A DNA stretch of 64,000 bases from an uncultured Gemmatimonadaceae bacterium (GTDB lineage Bacteria > Gemmatimonadota > Gemmatimonadetes > Gemmatimonadales > Gemmatimonadaceae): assembly GCA_963817955.1 (NCBI GenBank), contig CAWFQK010000004.1, forward strand, positions 448,001 to 512,000, given 5' to 3'. This document shows positions 8,685-19,538 of this stretch, in pieces. The first letter of the stretch is position 1. Every line of letters starts with the position of its first letter. The notes below the pieces were generated by a model. The model made no database searches. It was not told the origin of the DNA and saw nothing but the letters and a program-made list of their open reading frames with translations. Position numbers and translations under genes: made by a program.

Positions 8685-11572
8685 TGATCCTTCGCCGGCG
8701 GCCGGCGCGAGCGTGCGCGCGACTCTCCTCGGTGCGGTAGCACTCGAGGACGTCGCCGACCTTGATGTCGTTGAAGTTCTCGACGCCGATGCCGCACTCG
8801 AACCCTTCGCTCACTTCCTTCACGTCGTCCTTGAAGCGCTCGCAGCGACGCCGATGATGCCGTCGTACACCTCGACACCGTCGCGGATGACGCGCACGCG
8901 GCCCTGCCGGTTGATCACGCCGCTGCGCACGTGGCAGCCCGCGATGGTGCCGATCTTCGAGACCTTGAACGTCTCGCGCACTTCGGCCTCGCCGAAGACC
9001 ACTTCGCGCTCGTCGGGGCGCAGCATGCCTTCGAGCGCGGCGCGCACGTCGGCGACCGCCTCGTAGATGATGCTGATACAGCTTGATCTCGACGCCTTCG
9101 CGCTCGGCCGCCGCGCGCGCGTTGTTGTCCGGGCGGACGTGGAAGCCGATGATGATCGCGCCGGCGGCCTTGGCGAGCAGGATGTCGCTTTCGGTGATCG
9201 CGCCGACGCCGCGGTGGACGACCTCGACCTGCACTTCCGCGTTCGACGAGCTGGAGAGCGCGTCGGCGAGCGCTTCCGCCGGCCCGCCCTGATCCGCCTT
9301 GATGAGCAGCTTGAGCGGTGCGCTCTCGCCAGCCGCGGCGTGCGCCATGAAGTCTTCGAGCGTACACGCCACCCGCGTCGTCCGCGCGGCTCTTCGCCTC
9401 GCGATCGAGGCGCTCGCGCCGCTGCGCGATCTCCCGCGCGTCGGCCGAGTCCTCGACCACGAGGAACTGGTCGCCGGCCATCGGCACGCCGGACCATGCC
9501 GAGCACCTGCACCGGAATCGCCGGGCCGGCTTCCTTCACCGGCTTGCCGCGCTCGTCGAACATCGCGCGCACGCGGCCCGAGTACATGCCGCAAATGAAG
9601 TCGTCGCCGACTTTGCAGCGTGCCGTTCTGCACCAGCACCGTGGCGACGGGACCCTTGCCCGGCGTCGAGCTGGGCTTCGACGACCGTGCCCGGTGGCGC
9701 GGCGGTTCGGGTTCGCCTTGAGGTCGAGGATCTCCGCCTGCAGCAGGATCTGGTCGAGCAGCGCCTGGACGTTCGTGCCCTTCTTGGCCGAGATCTCGGA
9801 GTGCAGCGCCTGGCCGCCGAACTCCTCGAGCACGACGCCGTGCTGCAGCAGCTCCTGCTTCACCTTCATCGGGTTCGCCGTGGGCAGGTCGATCTTGTTG
9901 ATCGCGACGATGATCGGCACGCCGGCGTTCTTGGCGTGCGAGATCGCCTCGATGGTCTGCGGCATGACCGAGTCGTCCGCGGCGACGACGAGCACGACGA
10001 TGTCCGTCACCTGCGCGCCGCGCGCACGCATGGCGGTGAACGCCTCGTGACCCGGCGTGTCGAGGAAGGTGATCTTGCTTGCCGTTCGGCAGTCGTGACG
10101 TGGTACGCGCCGATGTGCTGCGTGATGCCGCCGGCTTCGCCCGCGACGACGTTCGCCTTGCGGATGAAGTCGAGCAGCGACGTCTTGCCGTGATCGACGT
10201 GGCCCATGATGGTGACCACGGGCGGACGCGAACGCAGATCTCGGGCAGGTCACTCGGCGACGGCTCCCGGCTTCTTCGGCCTGGTATTCCTCCTCGCGCA
10301 CGGCCTGGAAGCCGAACTCGCTCGCGATGAGCTCGATCTGGTCGAAGTCGAGGCGCTGGTTGATCGTGACCATCAGGCCGAGGTTCTTGAAGGCGAACGC
10401 CACGATCTGCGTGGCCGGCACCTTCAGGATCTGCGCCGAGCTCGCTGACGGTGATGAACTCGTTGACGCGAACGAGCTTCTTCTCGACCTCGGCCTCGGC
10501 CGCGCGCATGGCCTCGATCTCCTCGCGCGTCCCGTCGTCGACGCGTACCGCGGCGCTGCGGCGCCGGGCCCGCCCAGCTGGCGCATGGTGCTGCGAGATG
10601 TTCGCAGACACGGCTTCCTGGTCGACCTGCCCGCGCTTGCCCTTCTTGCGGCGGCCGGCTGCGACGGCGACGCCCGCGCTCGCTCCACCGGCACCGGCAC
10701 CGGAACTGCGCCGGCGCCGGCGTGCCACCACCACCGCCGCCGCCGGCGCCGGACGGTCGTCGCGACGGGCGCCGTGCGCCGGTCCACCACCCGGCGACGC
10801 GGACGCGACGGACGTGGCGGGAATGCGACGCCGCTGGTGACGGGACGCGGGCGCGGCGCGCCCGGCATGATCGAACGCGGACGCGGGCGGTCGGGCGTCG
10901 AGTACGGGCCTGCGGTGCGGGGTGCGGCGTGCTGGCGCGGGGCGCACTCGGCGCAGCCGGCGCACCGGGCGCGGCCGACTGCGGCCTGCACGTCGGGACC
11001 TGCGGCTGCCGCGCGCTGCCGACGGCGGCGGGCAGTCGCAGCCGGCGAGCAGCACCGCGGGACTGCCGCCGCTGGCGCGCGGCGTGCGGCGCGCTTCGGC
11101 GGCGGCAGTCGCGGCTTCCGTCCGGCCGGCTTGCCTCACTGCGCTCGGCCTCCGATCCGGCGCGCGGCTGCCGCGGCTTCGGCAGCGCTTGCGCTCGGCG
11201 AGTTCGGCCGCCGCGTCGGCTGCGGCCGCGCACGACGGCCGCTTCGCTCCGTCTGCCGGCGGCCTGCGACTTCAGCAGCCTTGCGGCGACGACGGCGGGC
11301 TCGGACGGCGCAGCGGCTTGCGGCCGGCACGGGAGCGGGCTCTGGCACGACGCGTCGCGGCGACGGCGCGCTGGCGGCGCCGGCGCGCGGCCTTCGCGGC
11401 GCGCGCACGCTTCTCGCGCTCCCACCGAGCGCGGACGCGCGCGACCTGGTCGTCGGTGAGCTGCTCAGGTGGCTGCGGACGGCGAACATCCAGCGACCGA
11501 AGCATCGTGATGACTTCGTCGCTCGGAATGCCGAACTCCGCCGCCAGATCAGTGGACCCGAAGCTTGCTCAA
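8685..11572 (-). CDS. infB: Translation initiation factor IF-2 (many apparent frameshifts)
   Basis: Fragments across frames: [72 protein letters not shown]-terminus (L/M)SKLRVH-DLAAEFG. Confidence 0.93.
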
Positions 11573-11587
11573 ACCATCCTCCTCGAT

Positions 11588-11939
11588 AGGCTCACGATCG
11601 AAGCCCCGCGCGGATCGACGATATCCGCGAATCCCCTTCGCCAGCTGCGCGTCGACGATGCCGACCACCGCCGTCGTGTTCCTGCCCACCGCCGCGCCGA
11701 GCGCGGCCGCCGATGGGACTTCCATAAATCCTAACGCGCCTCGCATTGAGCAGCGGCACGATCTTGTCGAGACTGTTCCGCGACGCGTCGCGCGCGACGA
11801 TCGGCGATGAACGACCTTATTCGCTTCGCCGCTTCCCGCACTTGGTCCACACCGACCACCGCGCCGCCGCCGCGCACGCCGAGCCCGGCCAGCCGAAGCA
11901 CTTTCGTTCGCCGCACGCGTGCGCCTTCACGTCACGCAT
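11588..11939 (-). CDS. L7Ae/L30e-like RNA-binding protein (YlxQ-like; frameshifted, approximate)
   Basis: KVLRLAGLGVRGGGAVVGVDQVREAAK and SAAALGAAVGRNTTAVVGIVDAQLAKG. Lies between nusA and infB. Confidence 0.75.
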
Positions 11940-13293
11940 CACGGCACCGATCCTTCGTCGGCGCCCTGTCCGGTGCTTCGCATGTTGCTGTCTTCCGTCG
12001 GCCGTGACCTCGTCGATGAGCGCCATGAGGCGGTCGGCCTCCTCCGGCGCAATGCCGGCGAGCTTGAGGAAGTCCTCGCGCTCGAGATCGATGATGTCGT
12101 TGAGGGTCTGGTAGCCCGCATCCTCGAGCACGGCCACCGTCGCCGGCGGCATGCCCTCGATGTCCGACAGCTTCACGTCCGCCGCTCTTCCGCTCTCTTG
12201 CCGGGAGCGGCGCGAAGAGCGCGACTGCCGCCGCCGCGCTCCAGCCACTCGCGGCTCGAGTAGAGATCGATCTTCCAGCCGGTGAGCTCCGACGCGAGCC
12301 GCACGTTCTGGCCGTTGCGCCCGATGGCCAGCGAGAGCTGGTCCTCGTCCACGACGGCCTGGATCGTCTTGCGTGGCCGCGATCGCTGAACACGCGCGCC
12401 ACCTTCGCCGGCGCGAGCGCCAGCTTGGCGAAGCGCTCCGGATCGGACGACCAGGGCACGATGTCGATGCGCTCGCCGCCGAGCTCGTTGACGACGGCCT
12501 GCACGCGCGAGCCCTTGAGCCCGACGCAGGCACCGACGGGATCGATCGAGTCGTCGCGCGAGAACACGGCGATCTTCGTGCGGCTGCCGACTTCGCGCGC
12601 CGCCGCGCGGATCTCGACGATGTCCTGCTGGATCTCCGGCACCTCGAGCTTGAACAGCGCCTTCACGAACAGCGGGTCGCCGCGGCTGAGAATGAGGCGC
12701 GGTCCCTTCGGCGTCTCCTCGACCCTCTTGAGCACGGCGCGAATCGGCTCGCCCTGATTGATAGTGCTCGCGATGGTTCTGCTCGCGATACGGAATGATT
12801 GCCTCCGCCTCGCGGAACTTGTTGAGCATGACGACGAGCTTGCCGCGCTCGATCTGCTGCATCTCGCCGGAGAGCAGATCGCCGACGCGCGTCGCTGAAC
12901 TCATCGCGGATCTTGGTCCGCTCGCCCTCGCGGACGCGCTGGATGATGCGCTGCTTGGCGGCCTGCACCGCGGCACGGCCGAACTCGGCGAAGTCGACGG
13001 GCTCTTCCATGACGTCGCCGACTTCGAAACTCTCGTCGAATGGCTGGCCTCCTCGAGCGAGATCTCGCGCGCCGGGTCCTCGACGTCTGCGACGACGGTC
13101 TTCAGCAGGACGATGCGAATATCGCCCTTGTCGTCGTCGATGTCGACCTCGGCCTGCACGTTGGGGCCGTACTTCTTGGCGAGGGCGGCGATGAATGCCG
13201 TCCTGTAAGGAGCGCGTACAGCTCGGCGCGATCGAGCTGCTTTGTGTTCGATACCTCGCGAAACGCGGCGAGAATCTCTGCAGAACTGACCAT
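11939..13293 (-). CDS. nusA: Transcription termination/antitermination factor NusA (apparent frameshifts)
   Basis: [79 protein letters not shown]. Confidence 0.93.
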
Positions 13294-13354
13294 CCAGGAC
13301 CCCTCATGTGTGCGTCGTGGCGCGCTGATTCTGCAGCGCGACCGAGCGATGTCG

Positions 13355-13810
13355 TTACAAGTGAAACGCCAGCCGCGCCTCCTTGACGGCAGCCAGCGGA
13401 ATTCGCCGCTGATCGCCCGGCTTCGGCTCCAACACCGCCACTTCCGAACCCGACTCCCCCTCTACGGCTACAATTTTCGCTTCAACTCGACCGCCGTGCT
13501 CGGGACTGAGCACATTGGCCCACTGACCAACGAATCGACACCAGTCCGCAGCCGTGCGCAGCGGCCGCTCTCCAGGAGAGGACACCTGCAACACATACTG
13601 CGGCGAGACCAATCCGCTGGCACCCAGACGCGCCTCGATCACCCGGGAAATCCGCGCGCAGTCATCGACCGTGACAGCTGCCCCGTCGCGCCGATCGATT
13701 CGAATCTCGATCAACGGACGATTTCGCGTCCCCCCGCGCCGCAGCTCCACGAGGTCGTATCCGACCGCGTCAAGCTCCGACACGACAATATCTTCCAGCG
13801 CGTCCTTCAC
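13355..13810 (-). CDS. rimP: Ribosome maturation factor RimP
   Basis: VTVDDCARISR, YVLQVSSPGERPL. First gene of the nusA-infB operon. Confidence 0.92.
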   Translation of the reverse strand: MKDALEDIVVSELDAVGYDLVELRRGGTRNRPLIEIRIDRRDGAAVTVDDCARISRVIEARLGASGLVSPQYVLQVSSPGERPLRTAADWCRFVGQWANVLSPEHGGRVEAKIVAVEGESGSEVAVLEPKPGDQRRIPLAAVKEARLAFHL

Positions 13811-13836
13811 ATCCGTTCTAGGAAGTCGTCAAGAAC

Positions 13837-13865
13837 AAAAAAATGTGGGGAGCATACCCCACATT
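13837..13865 (-). terminator. rimP leader intrinsic terminator/attenuator
   Basis: Minus-strand AATGTGGGG-TATGCT-CCCCACATT ending in a T7 run, about 27 nt upstream of the rimP start. Confidence 0.75.
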
Positions 13866-13899
13866 CTGCTCGCGACCCCAAGTGCCGCGTAGCATTTAC

Positions 13900-13928
13900 A
13901 AAGTAGGCCCTTGATCGAAGAGGGGCAA
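13900..13928 (-). promoter_or_regulatory. Putative sigma70 promoter of the rimP-nusA-infB operon
   Basis: TTGCCC-N17-TACTTT on the minus strand, just upstream of the leader terminator. Confidence 0.5.
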
Positions 13929-13961
13929 GGGCGATGGACGATGTACGTTCGGAGCAGAAGG

Positions 13962-14666
13962 TCAGGCGTCGGCGATCATCACGCCCAGTTGCCGACCAGC
14001 GTCGCCCGCGCGGTGCGAGAAGAACCGAGCGTTATCGCACCGGGTACATGACGAGCTCATGCTGATGTGCTTCACGCCCATCGCTCGCGCATGACCAACG
14101 ATCAGTGCGCGCAAATCCACGGCCGTTGGCCCAGCGACCGTGTTGCCGGTAAGCTGCGCGTATACCTCGGCGCTCACCTCGTAACACCTGCCACAGATGG
14201 CGGGCCCGGTGTAGAGTCGCACTTCTGACGCCGGAATCCCGCGCCGGGCGAGGGCTTCGATGCCCCGTTCCACGATACGGCCGGCCGTACCTCGCCACCC
14301 GGAATGCAGCAGCGCGATCGCCCCCGACGGGTGGGCAAGAAACACCGGCACACAATCCGCCACCGTCACAGCCAACGCCGTCCCACGGCCCAGCACGAGG
14401 TGTCCGTCGGCATCGCCGGCCCGCAGCCATCCCTCCCACCCATCATGGTGAACGAGCACCCTCGTTCCGTGCACTTGCGAGGCGACCGCAAGGCGAGGCC
14501 CTCCCGAACGGAGCTCACGCTGCAGCTCGCTCCAACGACCCATCACGTCACACACCGGCTCATCAGTATGAATGCCAAAACTGCCGGTGGTGCGAGTCGT
14601 CGTGAACGCGCGGATCCCGAATTCAGCCCACTCGGAAATCGGCTCCGAGTCGTCGAGGATGCTCAT
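13962..14666 (-). CDS. YfiH/PgeF-family laccase-domain protein (purine nucleoside phosphorylase-like)
   Basis: [33 protein letters not shown]. Confidence 0.9.
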   Translation of the reverse strand: MSILDDSEPISEWAEFGIRAFTTTRTTGSFGIHTDEPVCDVMGRWSELQRELRSGGPRLAVASQVHGTRVLVHHDGWEGWLRAGDADGHLVLGRGTALAVTVADCVPVFLAHPSGAIALLHSGWRGTAGRIVERGIEALARRGIPASEVRLYTGPAICGRCYEVSAEVYAQLTGNTVAGPTAVDLRALIVGHARAMGVKHISMSSSCTRCDNARFFSHRAGDAGRQLGVMIADA

Positions 14667-15961
14667 TGCAACCGGCGATTCTCCACCCGCTCGATCTGGG
14701 CGCCGAGCGCGCGCAATCGTTCATCAATGCGCTCATACCCTCGTTCGATCTGCCCAACGTTATTGATCGTACTCGTGCCCTCAGCGCACATGGCGGCAAC
14801 CAGCATAGCCATACCAGCACGAATGTCCGGCGAATCCATTTTGCTGGCGTGCAAGCGCGATGGGCCTGATACCAACGCGCGATGTGGATCGCAGAGCACG
14901 ATGCGCGCTCCCATTCCCACGAGCTTGTCGACGAAGAACAGCCGCGACTCGAACATCTTTTCGTGCATGAGAATGAGACCATTGCACTGCGTGGCCGTGA
15001 CGAGTGCGATCGACATCGTGTCGGCGGGGAAGGCCGGCCAAGGCTGATCCTCGAGCTTCGGAACGTGCCCGCCAAGATCGCTCTGAATGGCCTTCTCCTG
15101 CTCGGCCGGAACGATGAGATCCGCTCCATCAACGACGCACGCAACGCCAAGCCGGGCGAACCCCATGAGCGTTGAGCGCAGATGCTCGATACCAGCGTTC
15201 TCAATGCGGATCTCCGAGTTTGTCACCGCGGCGAGGCCGATGAACGACCCAACCTCGATGTGATCAGGCCCGATCTGATGAGTGGCGCTGCCGAGCTGCC
15301 GCCCACCGTCGATCGTGAGCTTGTTGGTACCGATGCCATCGATTTCTGCACCAAGCGCGACGAGAAAGTGACAGAGATCCTGCACGTGCGGTTCGCTCGC
15401 CGCATTACGTAGCACGGTCGTGCCAGTCGCAGCGACCGCCGCCGTTACTGCATTCTCGGTGGCGGTGACACTGGGCTCATCGAGGAACACGTCTGCGCCG
15501 CGCAGTCCGGATGTGGCGAGGTGAAACGCATCTTCCAACTCGAACGAGGCGCCGAGACGTTCGAGTGCCAGGAAGTGTGTGTCGACCCGCCGGCGACCGA
15601 TGACATCGCCGCCCGGAGGCGGCAGCTCGATCTCGCCGCACCGCGCAAGCAGCGGGGCAGCAAGCAAAATCGACGCACGAATCTTCCGACACAAAGATGG
15701 GTCGAGATTCGCCGCGCTGACCGTCTTGGCGTGAATCTGCAGCGTATTGGGGCCGCTCCAATGCACGTCCACACCCGTTGATGCGATCAGCTGGACTAGC
15801 GTTTCGACGTCGCGAATACGCGGAACATTTTCCAGCGTGACCGGATGGTCCGTGAGCAACGACGCACAAATGATCGGCAAGGCGCCGTTCTTGTTGCCCG
15901 ATGGGCGGATCGTCCCGGACAGCTTCTGCCGTCCCTGTACGACAAACTGCAATGCGTTCAT
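14663..15961 (-). CDS. murA: UDP-N-acetylglucosamine 1-carboxyvinyltransferase
   Basis: [45 protein letters not shown]. Start placed at [10 protein letters not shown]. Confidence 0.95.
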   Translation of the reverse strand: MNALQFVVQGRQKLSGTIRPSGNKNGALPIICASLLTDHPVTLENVPRIRDVETLVQLIASTGVDVHWSGPNTLQIHAKTVSAANLDPSLCRKIRASILLAAPLLARCGEIELPPPGGDVIGRRRVDTHFLALERLGASFELEDAFHLATSGLRGADVFLDEPSVTATENAVTAAVAATGTTVLRNAASEPHVQDLCHFLVALGAEIDGIGTNKLTIDGGRQLGSATHQIGPDHIEVGSFIGLAAVTNSEIRIENAGIEHLRSTLMGFARLGVACVVDGADLIVPAEQEKAIQSDLGGHVPKLEDQPWPAFPADTMSIALVTATQCNGLILMHEKMFESRLFFVDKLVGMGARIVLCDPHRALVSGPSRLHASKMDSPDIRAGMAMLVAAMCAEGTSTINNVGQIERGYERIDERLRALGAQIERVENRRLQ

Positions 15962-16207
15962 GTGCGGGCGTGGTTGGTACGAGTAAGTGGATCCGAGCGA
16001 AGAATGGACGGACACTCGACTCGAAATCAATGGTACATCGCACATTCCGCGCACGACGTAGCGCTTGACACTGTGCGGCAATTCCGGGTACGATGTGGAC
16101 GAGTGCGGCTGGCCCTGCGTTTGCACCCATGACGGAGTAACGCCACTGCGCGATGTTGTCGGCAGCGCGGCCGCGTTGGCCCAATTCCCGATCCAGACGA
16201 GCGCCGA

Positions 16208-16798
16208 ATGTTCGAGCAAATCTACGCGGTTGCCAGTGTGATCATTACGATCGCGCTGCTCGTGCTCGTGGTCGTCGCTGCCCGTTTGGCATCGCACTTC
16301 CGGAAGACCTACAACAAGATCAACGATCTGCTGGACCGCGTGTACGGAGATATCTCTCCTATCATGCACCAGGTCCACAGCATCTCAGAGAACGTCAACT
16401 TCATTTCGACCTCCGTCCGCGCCGACGTCCAGAAGGTGGGCGACACGATCGACGCGGCCAATGCGCGCGTCCAGCAGGCCGTGGCGGTCACCGAACACCG
16501 GCTCAACGATTTCAATGCCTTGCTGGCCGTCGTACAGGAGGAAGCCGAGCAAGTGTTTCTCTCCACTGCTGCCACGGTGCGTGGGGTGCGGCGCGGTGCG
16601 GCGGCGTTCCGGCGCGGCCGTGGGACGGACCTTGCGTCAGACGAGTTCGATGAGGCCGATCTGGCCGAGGATGTCGACACTCAATTGGAACGTCAGGAGG
16701 ACGGTCATGGAAACGACAATGGCCCCAAATCGGCCGCGCAGGCGCTCCCAGCAGCCCCGCGTATCCGACCACGCGCTCGCTCCCCGCGACGGACGTGA
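16208..16798 (+). CDS. DUF948-like membrane-anchored coiled-coil protein
   Basis: N-terminal transmembrane segment followed by an amphipathic coiled coil. Confidence 0.6.
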   Translation: MFEQIYAVASVIITIALLVLVVVAARLASHFRKTYNKINDLLDRVYGDISPIMHQVHSISENVNFISTSVRADVQKVGDTIDAANARVQQAVAVTEHRLNDFNALLAVVQEEAEQVFLSTAATVRGVRRGAAAFRRGRGTDLASDEFDEADLAEDVDTQLERQEDGHGNDNGPKSAAQALPAAPRIRPRARSPRRT

Positions 16799-17153
16799 TG
16801 CAGAGTACGATCTACTGACCGCGGCGCTGATCGGCATCACGATCGGAGCCGGGGTCACCTTCATGTTGCGGCGCGGCCCTTCGGGCAATCGTCCCGTGAT
16901 GCCGCTGGTGAAGGGCGTTGGGAGGGGCGCCGCTTGGGCGGGACGACAGGCGGCCCGTGCCGGAAGCTCGGGAGCGCAGTGGGCCGCCGACCGGGGCGAG
17001 GAAATGTGGGCTCGCGTTCCGCAAGACGAGATACGCGGCCATGTGTCGGACTATATGGACCGGGCACGCCACGCGATCGACGACGTCGTTGAGGCAGAGC
17101 TCAAGGATCTCCGCAAGGCGATCCGGCGCCAGCGGAAGCGGCTTGGAGTCTAA
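16707..17153 (+). CDS. Hypothetical single-TM protein (YtxH-like)
   Basis: AGGAGG RBS before ATG 16707; LIGITIGAGVTFML TM; C-terminal ELKDLRKAIRRQRKRLGV. Confidence 0.6.
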   Translation: METTMAPNRPRRRSQQPRVSDHALAPRDGRDAEYDLLTAALIGITIGAGVTFMLRRGPSGNRPVMPLVKGVGRGAAWAGRQAARAGSSGAQWAADRGEEMWARVPQDEIRGHVSDYMDRARHAIDDVVEAELKDLRKAIRRQRKRLGV

Positions 17154-17166
17154 GGTCCTGCATCGA

Positions 17167-18099
17167 ATGACGAGTGGCGAGCGTTTGTTCCGCTGTCTCG
17201 CGATGGCGGTCGTCGCCCTCGTCGTTGCCCCGGCGGTGGCACATGCGTGGACCCCGGGAACGCACGTGTTTCTCGGCGAAGCGGTGATGCGGTCGCTGGC
17301 GTTGCTGCCGACCGGCGTCGCAACGTTGCTGCACGACTTCCCGTTCGACTTCCTGTACGGCTCGATCGCTGCCGATACGAGCATTGCCAAGAAGTACGCG
17401 CCGGTTGGCCGCCACTGTCACTCATGGACGGTCGGGATGGAGATTTTGCATGGCGCAAAGGACGAATCGCTGCGGGCCTTCGGCCTGGGGTACCTGGCGC
17501 ACCTCGCCGCGGATTCGGTCGCGCACAACTACTTCGTCCCCAAACAACTTGCGATCACATCCAGTACGTCGTCGCTCGGCCACTCGTACTGGGAAAGCCG
17601 ATTCGAGACCCATTTGGGGTCAGAATGCGCCCGCCGCGCGCGCGAACTGATCCTGATCGATCACGCTCGGTCGGACGGGCTCCTCGATCGCGTGTTGAGC
17701 CCGACCATCTTCAGCACGCCGACGAATCGGCGGATCTTCCGCGGCATGGTGATCGCCGCCGATAACGAGTCCTGGCAGCGGATATTCCAGCTCATGACGG
17801 AGAAGAGCCGCTGGGACCTCCCGGATCACGACATCAGCCAATACGTCGCCCGGTCGTACGATTATATCATGGACCTCTTGCTCCATATGGATCGCGCCGA
17901 GCCTTATCAGCTCGATCCATCTGGTGACGAGGCATTACGGATGGCAAAGCGGGTGCGCAAGCAGGTGCTTCGCGCCGCCGGTGAGCGGCGACTGCTCGAA
18001 GAGGCAGATCGATATTTCGGCATGCCGGCAACGCACCTGCAGTTCGCCGCATCGCACCCGACACCGCTCTACGTTCCGATTCGTTCAGCGAGCAGCTGA
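17167..18099 (+). CDS. Zinc-dependent phospholipase C family protein
   Basis: Signal peptide ending AHA-WTPGTH, GSIAAD, GYLAHLAADSVAHN, HSYWE. Confidence 0.8.
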   Translation: MTSGERLFRCLAMAVVALVVAPAVAHAWTPGTHVFLGEAVMRSLALLPTGVATLLHDFPFDFLYGSIAADTSIAKKYAPVGRHCHSWTVGMEILHGAKDESLRAFGLGYLAHLAADSVAHNYFVPKQLAITSSTSSLGHSYWESRFETHLGSECARRARELILIDHARSDGLLDRVLSPTIFSTPTNRRIFRGMVIAADNESWQRIFQLMTEKSRWDLPDHDISQYVARSYDYIMDLLLHMDRAEPYQLDPSGDEALRMAKRVRKQVLRAAGERRLLEEADRYFGMPATHLQFAASHPTPLYVPIRSASS

Positions 18100-19538
18100 T
18101 TGACCCGTTTGGGATCGGCGCTTCCCTTCGACATCTTCATCACGTGTCCGACGAGTACTCCCTGCAGGCGTCGTTCGCCATGAGTGAAGCGCGTCGCTTC
18201 GCCAGGATGCTCGGCGAAGACCTGGTCGATCCACCCGACGAGCGCGGCATTATCGGTCACCCGCAAGAGACCTTCGCGCTCTGCGATCTGCAGCGGCGAT
18301 TCGCCCGTGACGACCATGGCCGCAAAGACTTGCTTGGCGGCACTATGGCTGAGCGTGCCAGCGCGGACTGAGCCGAGCAACGCGGCCAGATCGGCGGGAC
18401 GCACCGTGAAGTGCGCAATCGACTGACCCGTTTCCTTCAAGGCGGCGAATACTTCGCCGAGTATCCAGTTCGCGGACGCCTTGGCATCGCCACTCTGGCG
18501 GGCGACGTGCTCGAAGTAGTCGCCCATCCCACGGTCGACGGTGAGCACGTTGATGTCATAGTCGGTGAGGTTCTGGAACTCGGCGCGATACCGCTCCCGT
18601 CGCGCCGGCGGAAGCTCAGGCAGATCGCGCCTGATGCGATCGATCCGCTCGGGCGAGATCATGAGCGGCGAGAGATCCGGCTCCGGAAAATAGCGGTAGT
18701 CGTGACTCCCCTCCTTGGAGCGCGCCGGCCGCACGGCACCGGTGCCAGCGTCCCACAGCATGGTCTGCTGTTCGATCTTTCCCCCGGCGTCGAGCACACT
18801 GCATTGCCGCGTGAATTCAATCTCGAGCGCGCGCACGACGCCGGAGAATGAGTTCATGTTCTTCACCTCGGTCTTCGTTCCAAGGGCGGTGTCGCCGCGC
18901 GGGCGCGTGCTGATGTTCGCGTCGACGCGCAGGCTGCCCTCCTCCATGCTGACATCGCTGACTGCCACATACTCGAGGATCTGTTTGACCGCGCGGAGAT
19001 AGGCGTCGGCCTCGCCGGATCCGCGGAGGTCCGGCTCGCTCACGATCTCGCACAGCGGGACACCCGCCCGATTGAGATCGACGGCGGTCGCGCCGGCGAA
19101 GCGATCGTGGATCGACTTGCCAGCATCCTCCTCCAAGTGCACGCGAGTGACACCGATGTTGATCGGCGAGCCGTCGGGACGTACGCCAATCTGCACCCGT
19201 CCGGCGAGCGCGAGTGGCTGGTCGAATTGCGAGATCTGATATCCCTTCGGCAGATCCGGATAGAAGTAGTTCTTCCGCGCAAAGACCGATGTCGGCTGTA
19301 CGGTGCAGCCGAGCGCGTGCGCCGCTCGGATCGCCAATTCAACGGCATGCTCATTGAGCACCGGCAGCGCACCCGGCAGCGCCAGGCAGACCGGACAGGT
19401 GTTGCTATTCGGCGCGGCCCCGAAATTCGTCGAGCACCGGCAGAAAATCTTGGTGGCTGTCTTGAGCTGGACGTGCACTTCCAGCCCCACCACCATTTCA
19501 TAGCGGTCGGTGAGCGCCTGCGGCACGCCAGCGCTCAT
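18069..19538 (-). CDS. gatB: Asp/Glu-tRNA amidotransferase subunit B
   Basis: VGLEVHVQL, RKNYFYPDLPKGYQISQ, HLEEDAGK, YRYFPEPDL. Confidence 0.96.
   Translation of the reverse strand: MSAGVPQALTDRYEMVVGLEVHVQLKTATKIFCRCSTNFGAAPNSNTCPVCLALPGALPVLNEHAVELAIRAAHALGCTVQPTSVFARKNYFYPDLPKGYQISQFDQPLALAGRVQIGVRPDGSPINIGVTRVHLEEDAGKSIHDRFAGATAVDLNRAGVPLCEIVSEPDLRGSGEADAYLRAVKQILEYVAVSDVSMEEGSLRVDANISTRPRGDTALGTKTEVKNMNSFSGVVRALEIEFTRQCSVLDAGGKIEQQTMLWDAGTGAVRPARSKEGSHDYRYFPEPDLSPLMISPERIDRIRRDLPELPPARRERYRAEFQNLTDYDINVLTVDRGMGDYFEHVARQSGDAKASANWILGEVFAALKETGQSIAHFTVRPADLAALLGSVRAGTLSHSAAKQVFAAMVVTGESPLQIAEREGLLRVTDNAALVGWIDQVFAEHPGEATRFTHGERRLQGVLVGHVMKMSKGSADPKRVNQLLAERIGT

Noticed and set aside
8295..13293. 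Pseudogenisation or programmed frameshifting of infB, nusA and rbfA (also groEL)
   Set aside because: These genes are essential or highly conserved, and the indels are numerous and scattered; sequencing or consensus error is far more likely.
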